Shown piece by piece: positions 43,836 to 53,613 of a stretch of 64,000 bases of DNA (positions are counted from its first letter, which is position 1; each line of letters opens with the position of its first letter). The DNA lies in assembly GCF_009914755.1 (NCBI RefSeq), contig NC_060926.1. The stretch is one strand, 5' to 3'. Made by a program: the position numbers and the translations under genes. The DNA comes from the human T2T-CHM13v2.0 reference genome, Homo sapiens. Below the pieces are notes generated by a model. The model was not told where the DNA came from, searched no databases, and saw nothing but the letters and a program-made list of their open reading frames with translations.

Positions 43836-44348
43836 TTACTGGGCCAGCATAACTGTTCATGGCTCACGAGGAACTCATGACAGGTCTTACATGTCAGAAC
43901 ACAAAGTATTATCATCCACTCGTACAGAAAAGAAAAAGGGTTTGTGTGGTGAGAACTTGGAGCTGGGGTCTGGTCTGAAACACGTGTTTGGAAGGTTGGC
44001 AGGATCTGCACGTTTGCCACCTGAGGCTCTGTTTCTCAGTGCCACCTTGAGCTTTGCTCTGTGGCTTGAGGTGAAGCTGGTGATGCCAGCCTGAGGATGG
44101 TCTGGATGACAAGTGTAACGTTTGATCTAGAGTGAATCAGCTGTTTGTCCTTGGAGCAATTCACCCATTCTCTTTAAAAATATTAAAAATAGCCTCTATG
44201 TCCCGAAAGGAAGACAGCCACAGCTCCCCAGAAGCTCATTACAGTGAGGGGCAGCCGGGCTGAGGAGAGCTGGAGGCCCCCAGCACACGAGCTGGGGCTT
44301 TTCCATGTCTTTGTGTCTGCGTTTTTGAAAAACAAAAAGTCGAGTGAC

Positions 44349-44354
44349 TATGCA

Positions 44355-44388
<34 letters not shown>

Positions 44389-45009
44389 CATATATATACG
44401 TATATATATACATATATATACGTGTATATACGTATATATATACATATATATACGTGTATATACGTATATATATACGTATATATATACATATATACGTATA
44501 TATATACGTATATATATACATATATACGTATATATATACGTATATATATACGTATATATATACATATATACGTATATATACATATATATACGTATATATA
44601 TACATATATATACGTATATATACATATGTATATATGTGTGTACATGTATATATATACATATGTACATATATATGTACACATATATATATACATATATATG
44701 TACACATATACATATATATGTACACATATACATATACATATATATGTACACATATATATACATATATATGTACACACATATATATACATATATATGTACA
44801 CACATATATACATATATATGTACACACATATATACGTATATATATGTACACACATATATACGTATATATATGTACACACACATATATACGTATATATATG
44901 TACACACATATATATACGTATATATATGTACACATATATATATACGTATATATATGTACACATATATATACGTATATATATGTACACATATATATACATA
45001 TATATATAT
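44349..45009. repeat. Compound (TG)n/(TA)n/TACG/TACA microsatellite, alternating purine-pyrimidine, ~660 bp
   Basis: Directly visible; produces the YI/CV-rich pseudo-ORFs on both strands. Confidence 0.97.
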
Positions 45010-45072
45010 TTGTTGTTTGGTTTCTAAAGCCTTGATACAGGGTTTTGTAATTATTTTTCTTTCCTCTTTTAG

Positions 45073-45137
45073 ATCTCAGACAAATACGATGTTCCCCATG
45101 ACAAGATTGGGAAAATATTCAAGAAGTGTAAAAAGGG
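45073..45137 (+). CDS. GRHL1: GRHL1 exon 15 ([21 protein letters not shown])
   Basis: cttttag|ATC acceptor, GG|gtaagc donor, 65 nt. Confidence 0.96.
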
Positions 45138-46104
45138 GTAAGCAGCCACTGCGTCCTGTGTACCTCGGAAAGTGCTGATGCCCCCCGCAGTGCTAGTGTG
45201 ACGCACCCCCCAGTGCTGTTGACACCCCCCAGCACCATGTAACACACCGTGCATGCTAGTGACACCCTCCTGTGCCAGTGACACACACCCTGTGCCAGTG
45301 TGACACGTGTGCATCGTGCCCAGTCCAGAAGCAGCCAAAGAAACCTGGGTGCTGGAATGTGGCTTTTCTAAATTATATACGAAATTACTTAGATAAAATT
45401 GATCTGCCTTGAGGAGATCTTTGTGTATTGTTTCTCCAAGTCACCTTCTTTGCCCTCCACATGCCTGGCAGCAGTGCCATGGCTCCACACTCCAGGGTGT
45501 GTGGCCAGCGCCACTGAGGATGGCCAGGGCAGCACCTCCGTGTGTCGAGCCCGTTGGAGCCGGGCACTGGGTTGGGCACGTCCCACGGTGCTGCGCTTGG
45601 TCTTCACGTCTTCTTTCTGAGCTGGTCTCAGGGCTTGTTTATATTTATAGACAGGCGGCTGAGGCTCAGAGTTCAAGAGGCTTTTCGGGGCCATGGTTGG
45701 TATTCCCTGCCTCTGCAGCCCATGCCCTGCTCTACCCTCCTGCTCAGGATCCTATTTCCAAGTTATGTCACGTTGCTGCTTTGTCTAGAAATTAGTATTT
45801 TTAGTTCTTTTTTGTCTGTCTATGATGTTTGGCATGGATAAGCAGTGGCTAGCATAAGAATTTTTTGGCTTAGTTTTAAAACAAATTCTAATGGGAAATT
45901 TCTAGATGGTTCTAGTGGAAAGAGTTGGACTTAATAGTAGTTAATTTATTTTTGTTTATTTTCTTGTTTTTGTATTCTTTATTTTTTGTTTGATAATAGT
46001 AGTTCATTTAAACTTTGAGGCTCACTTGCTGGAGTGTGTAATTTGTCAGGGGGCTGTGACTTCACATCATGTAAGTTAGTGTTATTGATGTGCTTTTGCT
46101 TTAT

Positions 46105-46380
46105 TCATTTAGAGATGGTTTCACTCTATCGCCCAGGCTGGAGTACAGTGGTGCAATCAGAGCTCACTGTAGCCTTGAACTCCTGGGCTCAGGCCATCCT
46201 TTCACCTCAGCTTCCCAAGTAGCAGGGACTACAGGCATGTACCACCATGTCCAGCTAGTTTTTAAAATTTTTCTGTAGAAATGGGATCTTGCTATGTTAT
46301 CCAGGCTGGTCTCAAACTCTTGGGCTCAAGTGATTCTCCTGCCTCAGCGTCCCAAAGTGCTGGCATCACAGGTATGAGCC
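46105..46380 (-). mobile_element. Alu (J-like)
   Basis: Reverse dimer. Confidence 0.85.
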
Positions 46381-46499
46381 AAGTACCATTTACCAAGTGA
46401 CAACTATGAAATACATGCTGGAAATAATAATCATAAATAAGCCAGTATATTTCATTTTCCAAATGCTATGATATAAATATATCACCTGATTTCCTCCTA

Positions 46500-46655
46500 A
46501 CTCAATTCTCTCAGCAATCCTATAAGATGGGTACTATTATTATCCCCATTTTATAGATGAGGAAGTTGAGGCTTAAGGAGATTTAAATAATTTGCCTCAC
46601 ATGCTGCAACTAGTAAGTGGGAGAGCTAACAGGTCAATCTAGGTCTGACTCCAGG
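46500..46655 (-). mobile_element. MIR immediately upstream of last exon
   Basis: attatccccattttatagatgaggaagttgaggcttaaggagatttaaataatttgcc core. Confidence 0.75.
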
Positions 46656-46700
46656 ACCAAGTGGCAGTGAAGTTGGTTGGTCTTGTCCCCCCCCATCCAG

Positions 46701-46815
46701 GATCCTGGTGAACATGGACGACAACATTGTGAAGCATTACTCCAATGAGGACACCTTCCAGCTGCAGATTGAAGAAGCCGGGGGGTCTTACAAGCTCACC
46801 CTGACGGAGATCTAA
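46701..46815 (+). CDS. GRHL1: GRHL1 last coding exon 16 ([19 protein letters not shown]...LTLTEI*)
   Basis: ccatccag|G acceptor; TAA at 46813-46815. Confidence 0.97.
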
Positions 46816-48385
46816 AGGCCTGCGGGCCACAGCTCCCCAGGAGTTCAGTGCAGGTGTTTCTAGATCTTACGGTTTGGCAACTGCAGGTAACCCCAGTCAG
46901 CCATGTCGCCAGCACAGGTCTATGTCGAGGGAATGGGTTCCTTGCAGGTTGGAGGCGGGGCTGCATCTGGCTTGGTGGTAGCATTTAATCTATTGCATTG
47001 GTGTTTTTCAGATGAAAGAGAAATCCATATACCATTATGTTTGAATTTCCTGATATATACAGGATTTAAAGTGAAAACTTTATTCCAAGAGTTAACAGAG
47101 TCTCTGGGAAGCTTTAGGACATCTGCTACGTTATTTATCAAAATATTGGGATCTCTGCCTTGTGCCTACAGTGTCGTGGGCCTGCTCGCTAGCAGAAGTC
47201 AGAAAAGGCGATAGGCTTGGCTTTAAGGATTTCGTGCCCTTGCCTGAATTCAGTACAACTCCACTGCCTCACGTTAGCGGGAGCGCACCTGAAGAGTACG
47301 GGGGGAGCCCTCTCTCCCTTACCCTCTCACTCTCCACCAGATGTTTACTAAACAGGGCATGTTACTGAAATCTTCCTTTGCGACTTTCTCGGACATATCA
47401 ACTGCCTTTCTCATGAAGAATTTTAATGGGTTACAGTATGAAATCAGTTAAGATAAAGCTGCATTGTATATAAGTGCAATATATTTTTGAAGGTCTGTAA
47501 ATGTGTACATACATGTCTTATATAAATATATAATATATAAATATGGTGTCTGTGTACATATAGTGAAGATATGCAGTAAGAGCTACCTTAAAGACTTTCC
47601 CTAGACAAAGGTTAAGTTATTTTTTGATCGTGTATACCAAGCAGATAGAATACTGTGCTTAGTGGAACCCGCTAAAAACCTTTTTCTCTGTTTTTCCAAA
47701 CACAGGCATTCTGTAGCATAGCAAAACCTTCTCAAATGACAGAGATTCTGTTTGCTGTTGAGAATGTTGTTATTTGGATTTCTGCACTGTTTAACAAATG
47801 AAGTAAAAGAAAAACACTACTGCAATCACGTCTTTTGTTATGCTAGTATCAGTCAGATGCACTTAGAGTGAAGAAACACTGTAATTACAGCACACAGATT
47901 GCAAGTATTGCGTACCAAGTGATACAACTCGAAATGCAGTTCTCATCTTCCTGTTTTGAGAAATGATTATTTTATCACGCATCAGAGCCTTCGTGCTTTG
48001 ATTATCTTGTATGTTAACAATTCTAGAAAACATTCATGAATTCACAAAAATATGTTACTATGGCAGGGGAACATTTTGTACACATTTAAGTATATAAAAA
48101 TACTAAAATATGTAATTTTATAACAAAGTCACGGGTATCTTTAGGTTCAGGGAACTAGACTAGGTCATTCGTGTAAATGGACTGGTAGTTACAGTCTTAG
48201 GTTAAAGTATTCTAATGAAGTATGGGAACTAAATTGCTGGTTTTCTAAGATAAGATATGGGATATGGGTCATATAACTTTTGTATTTTTTATGAAGTTGA
48301 TTTTGTCTTGCGTGTTATTTTTAATTGTATCATTGAAGATGTATTTTAAACCAAAGGAATTAAATTTTATATGTCTATTTCGTAA
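46816..48385 (+). other. GRHL1: GRHL1 3'UTR (~1.6 kb, AU-rich, no recognisable repeats)
   Basis: Follows stop codon; ends about 20 nt after ATTAAA, with T/GT-rich downstream sequence; end approximate. Confidence 0.75.
48359..48364 (+). terminator. Candidate GRHL1 polyadenylation signal ATTAAA
   Basis: Common PAS variant followed by a T-rich downstream element. Confidence 0.65.
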
Positions 48386-49519
48386 TATGTCATTTCCTGT
48401 TTTTCAATTTGACTTTGCACTGCTCAGTAAAACGTGAGAGCTGAAAAGCATCTCATTGCTAGCACTTTCTGCTTATTTCTTAATGTGTGCGCTTAGGTTG
48501 TTTTCTTCATGTTAACTTTTCCTTACTGATGCCTGAAATGATCCACGTAATTGTTAAGTCAGGGATCCCTGAATGATTTTCCAATTCTTACCAAAATTTA
48601 ACCACTAAAGCTGAAGGTAAATGCTTTCATACCTAAAATCTTAGTATTCTTAGTGTTTAAAAGCCTAACAGAAAATACTTAGTTTAAAAATTTACCAATA
48701 TTTAAATCATTAGAATCTCTAAAACAGGCGTCCTGAACATATTCCAGGGTAATCCAGGGCCTAAATATGATAGACACTAGGATATATTTTTAATGGATAC
48801 AAGATCAGATTAATGACGTAAACTCCCTGATAGGGCTCCTGGGACATCTGCACTTTTCACAGTAACCCTCGGGCCAAAGTGGAGACTCTCCTGCAGCCTG
48901 GGTTCCCGTTCACTCAGTGCTTCCAGAGTCCAGCTCCACACAGGAAGCCTGGGGACCCTGCCAGCGCATCCTTTCTATGGGAGCCCTTCCTCACACCATG
49001 GGTCTCCTTCACCCCCTGGCTTCCCGGGACTTACCTTTGCCTCAAAACTCATCTCTTCCCGGGCGTCCCCAGGGCCATTACCTCTGGTTCCTCAGCCCAG
49101 CACCCACTCCCTGCTCTCACGGCTCCAAGTACTGACAGACACCTGCTGGCCCTCTTCTCAGCCTCTCGTTTCCTGGAGAGCAGGTTTTGGTGTCTTAGCT
49201 TTGGATCTCTGGCACCCAACCCAATGCTGGTTACATAGTTGATGCTCAGTGAATGATTCTGTAATGATAAAGCGACTAGTTTATCCTAGGAACTGCCTTC
49301 AAGTAACACAGTCACTTGCAAAACATCAGCAGGGAGCGTTTTTAGACATTACAGGCCCAGAAATCAGTCGGGGCTGGACTCGGACCAGTAGGCCACAGAG
49401 CAGGACCAGTAGGTGGAATTATCTGGGACTCAGGTGTGTGCCACTGTGCCTGGATTTCTGGCCTGGATCTTTGCAGTAACCCAACTGGACTCATCGTTTC
49501 CATCCCTGGGCCCCTTCGT

Positions 49520-49525
49520 TTTATT
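49520..49525 (-). terminator. AATAAA candidate poly(A) signal for the RANKL-like ORF
   Basis: tttatt on + strand, ~80 nt downstream of the ORF stop on the - strand. Confidence 0.35.
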
Positions 49526-49606
49526 CCTAATCTAGGAGCCATGATGATTCTTCTAAAATATAAATTAGGACTCTGCTCAGAACCCTGCAGTAGCTCTCCG
49601 CTTCAC

Positions 49607-49894
49607 TCATAATGTAGACGGGATCTGTCCTCTGGCCACTGACCTCAAATTACACCATAGCTGAAGGTCCTGCAGAGTTAGGCCTGCTGAGGTTACGCGA
49701 TGTCGAGAGCAAATGTCGGCATTCCGGTAATAAATGCCTTTGACTCTTAGTTTTCCGTTGCTGAAAGTCATGTTGGAGACGTTTGCCCAATCTTGGTCAT
49801 GTTTCCAAGAAGAAAGACTCGTTTTATGAGCCTCATGGGATATTGATGGTATTAATAACAAGATGAGTTGAAGGCTGAGCATCAGGATTGCCAT
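49607..49894 (-). CDS. Putative 95-aa secreted ORF: signal-peptide-like N-terminus + RANKL TNF-domain fragment
   Basis: ATG 49894 to stop 49607 (ORF track 49607..49903); hydrophobic [22 protein letters not shown]; two N-glycosylation sequons (NVS, NMT); translation unproven. Confidence 0.4.
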   Translation of the reverse strand: [95 protein letters not shown]

Positions 49895-49901
49895 TCTTAG
49901 C
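49651..49901 (-). pseudogene. Processed (intronless) TNFSF11/RANKL-like pseudogene fragment
   Basis: Minus strand reads AKNGNPDAQPSTHLVINTINIP*G, then after a 2-nt frameshift [57 protein letters not shown]. Remembered RANKL: [84 protein letters not shown]. In-frame TGA at 49833-49835. Confidence 0.88.
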
Positions 49902-50514
49902 AAATACTTCTTTCTCCCTATTAAAATTCATCAGAAGCAGTTCACTTGCAGCTGGCAGGGCCAACGATACACCTTCAGTGTCCCCCCTCGGGCTCTCCTG
50001 GATTCCTCAGCCCAGCACTCACTATGTGAGGGGGTCTGGTCTGCAGCAACTGTGGTCAGCTTTCCAGCCCACAGGGCATCAGTCAGCCCATCCCATTGCT
50101 GAGAGTGCAGGAAAGACGGGGAGAGCAGGGGGTAGCATCTTCCCCAGACAGCGTTAGGAGGTTACGTGAATGTCAAACAGTAGAAAACAATCCCTGCAAA
50201 AATGCAGAGGCTGCCTCAGTAACATTTCTAGGGGACCAGCAATCTGGGGCATGTAACAGATCCCCTCCAGGGTGAAGGACAAGTGCTGCGTGGGCCCTCC
50301 ACCCCCTACTCTCCAACCTCCTTCACCTGCTGTATTTTTTCCCATCGCATTTATCACTCTCTAACCTGGTATCTATTTTACTTGATTATTGTACTTACTG
50401 CTTGTCATTTGCCTTCCTTTGCTAGAATGTTCCCTCCACCAGAGCAAGGTTTTTTGTCTGACTTGTTTGCTGACAAATCCCAAATGCTCAAAAAATGCCT
50501 GGTGCCTTGTAGAT

Positions 50515-50906
50515 ACTTGTGTGCATACCTTCTACTGGCCCTCCAGGTCCTCTCTCCACTTCTCTCCCCGGGAGGCTCGCCTGTGGGGCCCACACCAACC
50601 CCTGTGGGTTGGGGAGAGATGGAAGGAGAGCGAGGTCAGGTATTGATTCCCCACCTCTCACAGGCCTCTCAAGCAGGGTGTTCCTGAAGCCCACTGTGCC
50701 TCCTCTGTAGAACTTTCCCTCCATGTCCTCGCAACCACGTCCTTATCCCCTCAGGAATTAGCTGCTGCCTGCTGGAGGGTAGGACACTAGCCCTGCAGGT
50801 TCCCCTCCATTCCCATCTTGGGAAATAGTCCCTTAAAGAAGCCCTTCTTGAATTATCCTCTTTTGAGTGTGCCATCTGTTTTTGTGTCACAATCCTGGTT
50901 GATACA
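50515..50906 (+). mobile_element. Old ERVL LTR, LTR33-like (second partial copy at ~50980-51065)
   Basis: ggccctccaggtcctctctccac... start and ...ttgagtgtgccatctgttt...gataca end resemble LTR33 as remembered. Confidence 0.5.
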
Positions 50907-51089
50907 GTGGTCAATACATTTTCACCGACTGAATGAATGAATGGTGTAAGTTCTGGTCTGAGTCCAAAGGTCTCTTAGTGCTGAGTATCTTCTATTGGCC
51001 CTTCCAGATCCCCTCTCCACCCTTCTCCACGAAAGGCTCACCTGTGGGGACCACACCAACCCAGAGACTAAAGGCCCCTTAGTCTGTCC

Positions 51090-51630
51090 CACTCCCCACC
51101 CAGTTCTCAGGCCTTCAGACTCTGACACCACCAGCTTTCCTGGTTCTGCAGCTTGCTGACAGCACATCTTGAGAGGGAGGGACTTCTAGGCCTCCAGAAT
51201 CATATGAGCCAGTCCCCATAGTAAATAAAACATATTGGTTCTGTTTCCCTGGAGAACCTAGCACAGATGTGGTTCCAAAAATGGCTTCAGAAGAACGGAA
51301 GTTTTCCAAACTGGTTCTGAGGTTTCCGGAACTGGCTCTCTAAATGGATTAGATTTAAAGGTGCTAATGACACCATTTCAGTTAGTAAAGAGAACACCAG
51401 TAGTCCATGCTGTGAACTGTTTATAGTGATACACAAAATCTGTATTGAATACTCCTAATCAACCACTTGTAAAAAGCAAGAAGCTAAGTGATTCTGTGCA
51501 TGAGAACTTCAAACATTTTCTTGTAAACTAAGAAATATAATGGCATTGGTTGGTTGGTCCTAATGTCACCGGACAAAGTGGTGAAAGAAGAAGATGGGCT
51601 CAGGGATTCAAATTCCCACCCCAAGCCAGC
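51090..51630 (+). mobile_element. MLT2-type LTR 3' part plus adjoining ERVL internal 5' fragment
   Basis: ...aataaa...attggttctgtttccctggagaacc LTR end followed by ERVL-int-like sequence (ggttctgaggtttccggaactggctctctaaatggattagattt...). Confidence 0.55.
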
Positions 51631-51672
51631 TAGGTTTCCCTCTGGCCTCCCCCTCCCATGTGTGTGTCCTGT

Positions 51673-52845
51673 TGTGTCCAGAATTGGTGGGTTCTTGGTC
51701 TTGCTGACTTCAAGAATGAAGCCACGGGCCCTCGTGGTGAGTGTTACAGTTCTTAAAGATGGTGTGTGCGGAGTTCCCTCAGATGTTCAGATGTGTCCGG
51801 ATTTTCTTCCTTCTGGTGGGTTTGTGGTCTCGCTGACTTCAGGAGTGAAGCTGCAGACCGTCGCGGTGAGTGTTACAGCTCTTAAGGGTGGCGTGTCCAG
51901 AGTTGTTCATTCCTCCTCCCAGTGGGCTCCTGGTCTTGCTGGCTTGAGGAGTGAAGCTGCAGACCTCCATGGTCAGTGTTACAGTTCATAAAGGCAGTGC
52001 AGACCCAAAGAGTAAGCAACAGCAAAACTTACTGCAAAGAGCAAAAGAACAAAGCTGCCACAGTGTGGAAGAGTACCCCAAACGGTTGCCTCTCCGAGGC
52101 TCCGGTGGCCTGCTTTCATTCCCTTATTTGGCTCCACCCACATCCTGCTGATTGGTCCATTTTACAGAGACCTGATTGGTCCATTTTACAGAGCGCTGAT
52201 CTGTCCATTTTACAGAGAGCTGATTGGTCCGTTTTGACAGAGTGCTGATTGGTGCGTTTACAAACCTTTAGCTAGACACAGATCGCTGATTGGTGTGTTT
52301 ACAATCCTTTAGCTAGACAGAAAAGTTCTCCAAGTCCTCACCTGTCCCGGCAGCCCAGCCCGCTTCACCTCTTACTGTCACTCGCCGGGGACTCTGCGGC
52401 ACCTAGCCCAGGTACTCCGGCAGCCCAGAGGGAGCTCGTCCCCGACAACCAAGAGGAAAAGAGGGGAAGCGAGAAAGACGGAGACCCGCCATCGTGGCCA
52501 ACGACCCCGTGAAGAGGGAACGGCGGTCCACGCACGGGACCCAGCCTCCAATCAAGCCCAGCAGGCGCCAGCCGGGCACGCCTAGTGCTGGGGCCCGCGG
52601 GCCCGCGTCCACCCGGAACCCGCGCCGGCCCAGGAGCGCCGCGCGCACCCCTGGCTCCCGCCCGCGCCTCTCTTTTCACACTTCCCCGGGAGCAGAGGGA
52701 GCCGGCTCCGGCCTCGGCCAGCCCCAGAGAGGGGCCCTCATAGCTCAGCGGCGGGCCGAAGGGCTCCTCGAGCGGCCAGAGCGGACGTCGAGGCCGAGGA
52801 GGCGCCGAGAGCCAGCGAGGGCTGCTAGCAGGTTGTCACCTCTCA
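51673..52845 (-). mobile_element. ERV9/LTR12-family solo LTR (~1.17 kb)
   Basis: Minus strand starts TGAGAGGTGACA and ends ...ACCAAGAACCCACCAATTCTGGACACA; tandem CCAATCAG repeats at 52147-52295; GC/CpG-rich U3 at 52340-52830; tandem GAAGCTGCAGACC...GTGTTACAG-type repeats in U5. Confidence 0.9.
52085..52300 (-). promoter_or_regulatory. LTR12 core promoter: NF-Y CCAAT array and TATA-like box, oriented leftward
   Basis: Five ctgattgg copies (CCAATCAG on -) followed by ...CCAAATAAGGGAATGAAAGC; LTR12 promoters are established NF-Y-driven TSSs. Confidence 0.6.
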
Positions 52846-53317
52846 CCATCGGGCCTGTGTGGGTTGGTGGAGTCCCTCCCCTGTCACTGCAGACGGAGCA
52901 CAGGGAGAGCGTGGCAGCCAGCAGGGTGGCTCAGTTGCCAGGCGCCCACACGAAGCACTTGGCTCTGTTCACAGGGCTGGTCTTGATAAGAGAAAGCAAA
53001 TGTCCTGCGGGCCATGCAGGCTGGGGGTGAGGCTGCCAGGCTGCCAGGCTGCTCCTGAGACCAGTAGCCCCTCTGGAAGCATCCCCTGAGGGAGAGACCA
53101 AACAAGAGGAGAACCCCGCCCTCAGGCTGCTCCGGCACCTTCAGGCAGACAGGGCAGGGCTGACCAGGCAGGATCGTCATCCCCAGGGCTGTGGGCAGTG
53201 ACTCGTCACAGCAGCAGACAGAGTGGCAATCTCTCGACTGTCCCCAGAGCCCTGCACGGTGTACAAAGGCTGTGCCTTTCCAGGTTCCATCCCACACCCA
53301 ATACCCAACTCCCCCCT

Positions 53318-53613
53318 TTTTTTTTTCCGCTCTGTCACCCAGGCTGGAGTACAGTGGCGTGGCCATAGCTCACAGCAGCCTTGATGAACTCCTGAGCTCA
53401 GGAGATCTCCCGCCTCAACCTCCCAAGTAGCTAAGACTACAGGATCAAGCCTAGCTTATTATTACTATTATTATTATTATTATTATTATTATTTTGGAGA
53501 GACAGGTTCTCACTACGTTGTTCAGGCTGGTCTCAAACTCTTAGCCTCAAGCAATCCTCCTGCCTCGGCCTTCTGAGTGACTGCGATTACAAATGTGAGC
53601 CACTGCGCCGGGC
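53318..53613 (-). mobile_element. Alu (J-like) with (TTA)n linker
   Basis: Reverse dimer, (TTA)n at ~53456-53493. Confidence 0.85.

Noticed and set aside
44196-45178. 213-274 aa Tyr/Ile/Val/Cys-rich ORFs on both strands
   Set aside because: Artefact of the stop-free alternating (TA/CA/CG) microsatellite.
49651-49901. Interpretation as an intact, ancient TNF-superfamily paralog gene
   Set aside because: In-frame stop, two frameshifts, loss of the expected intron and absence of the C-terminal half of the TNF domain point to a truncated retrocopy.
52340-53030. CpG-island-like region and 178-aa Arg/Pro-rich ORF suggesting a new gene's first exon
   Set aside because: Mostly within the GC-rich U3 of the LTR12 element; the ORF composition simply reflects GC content.
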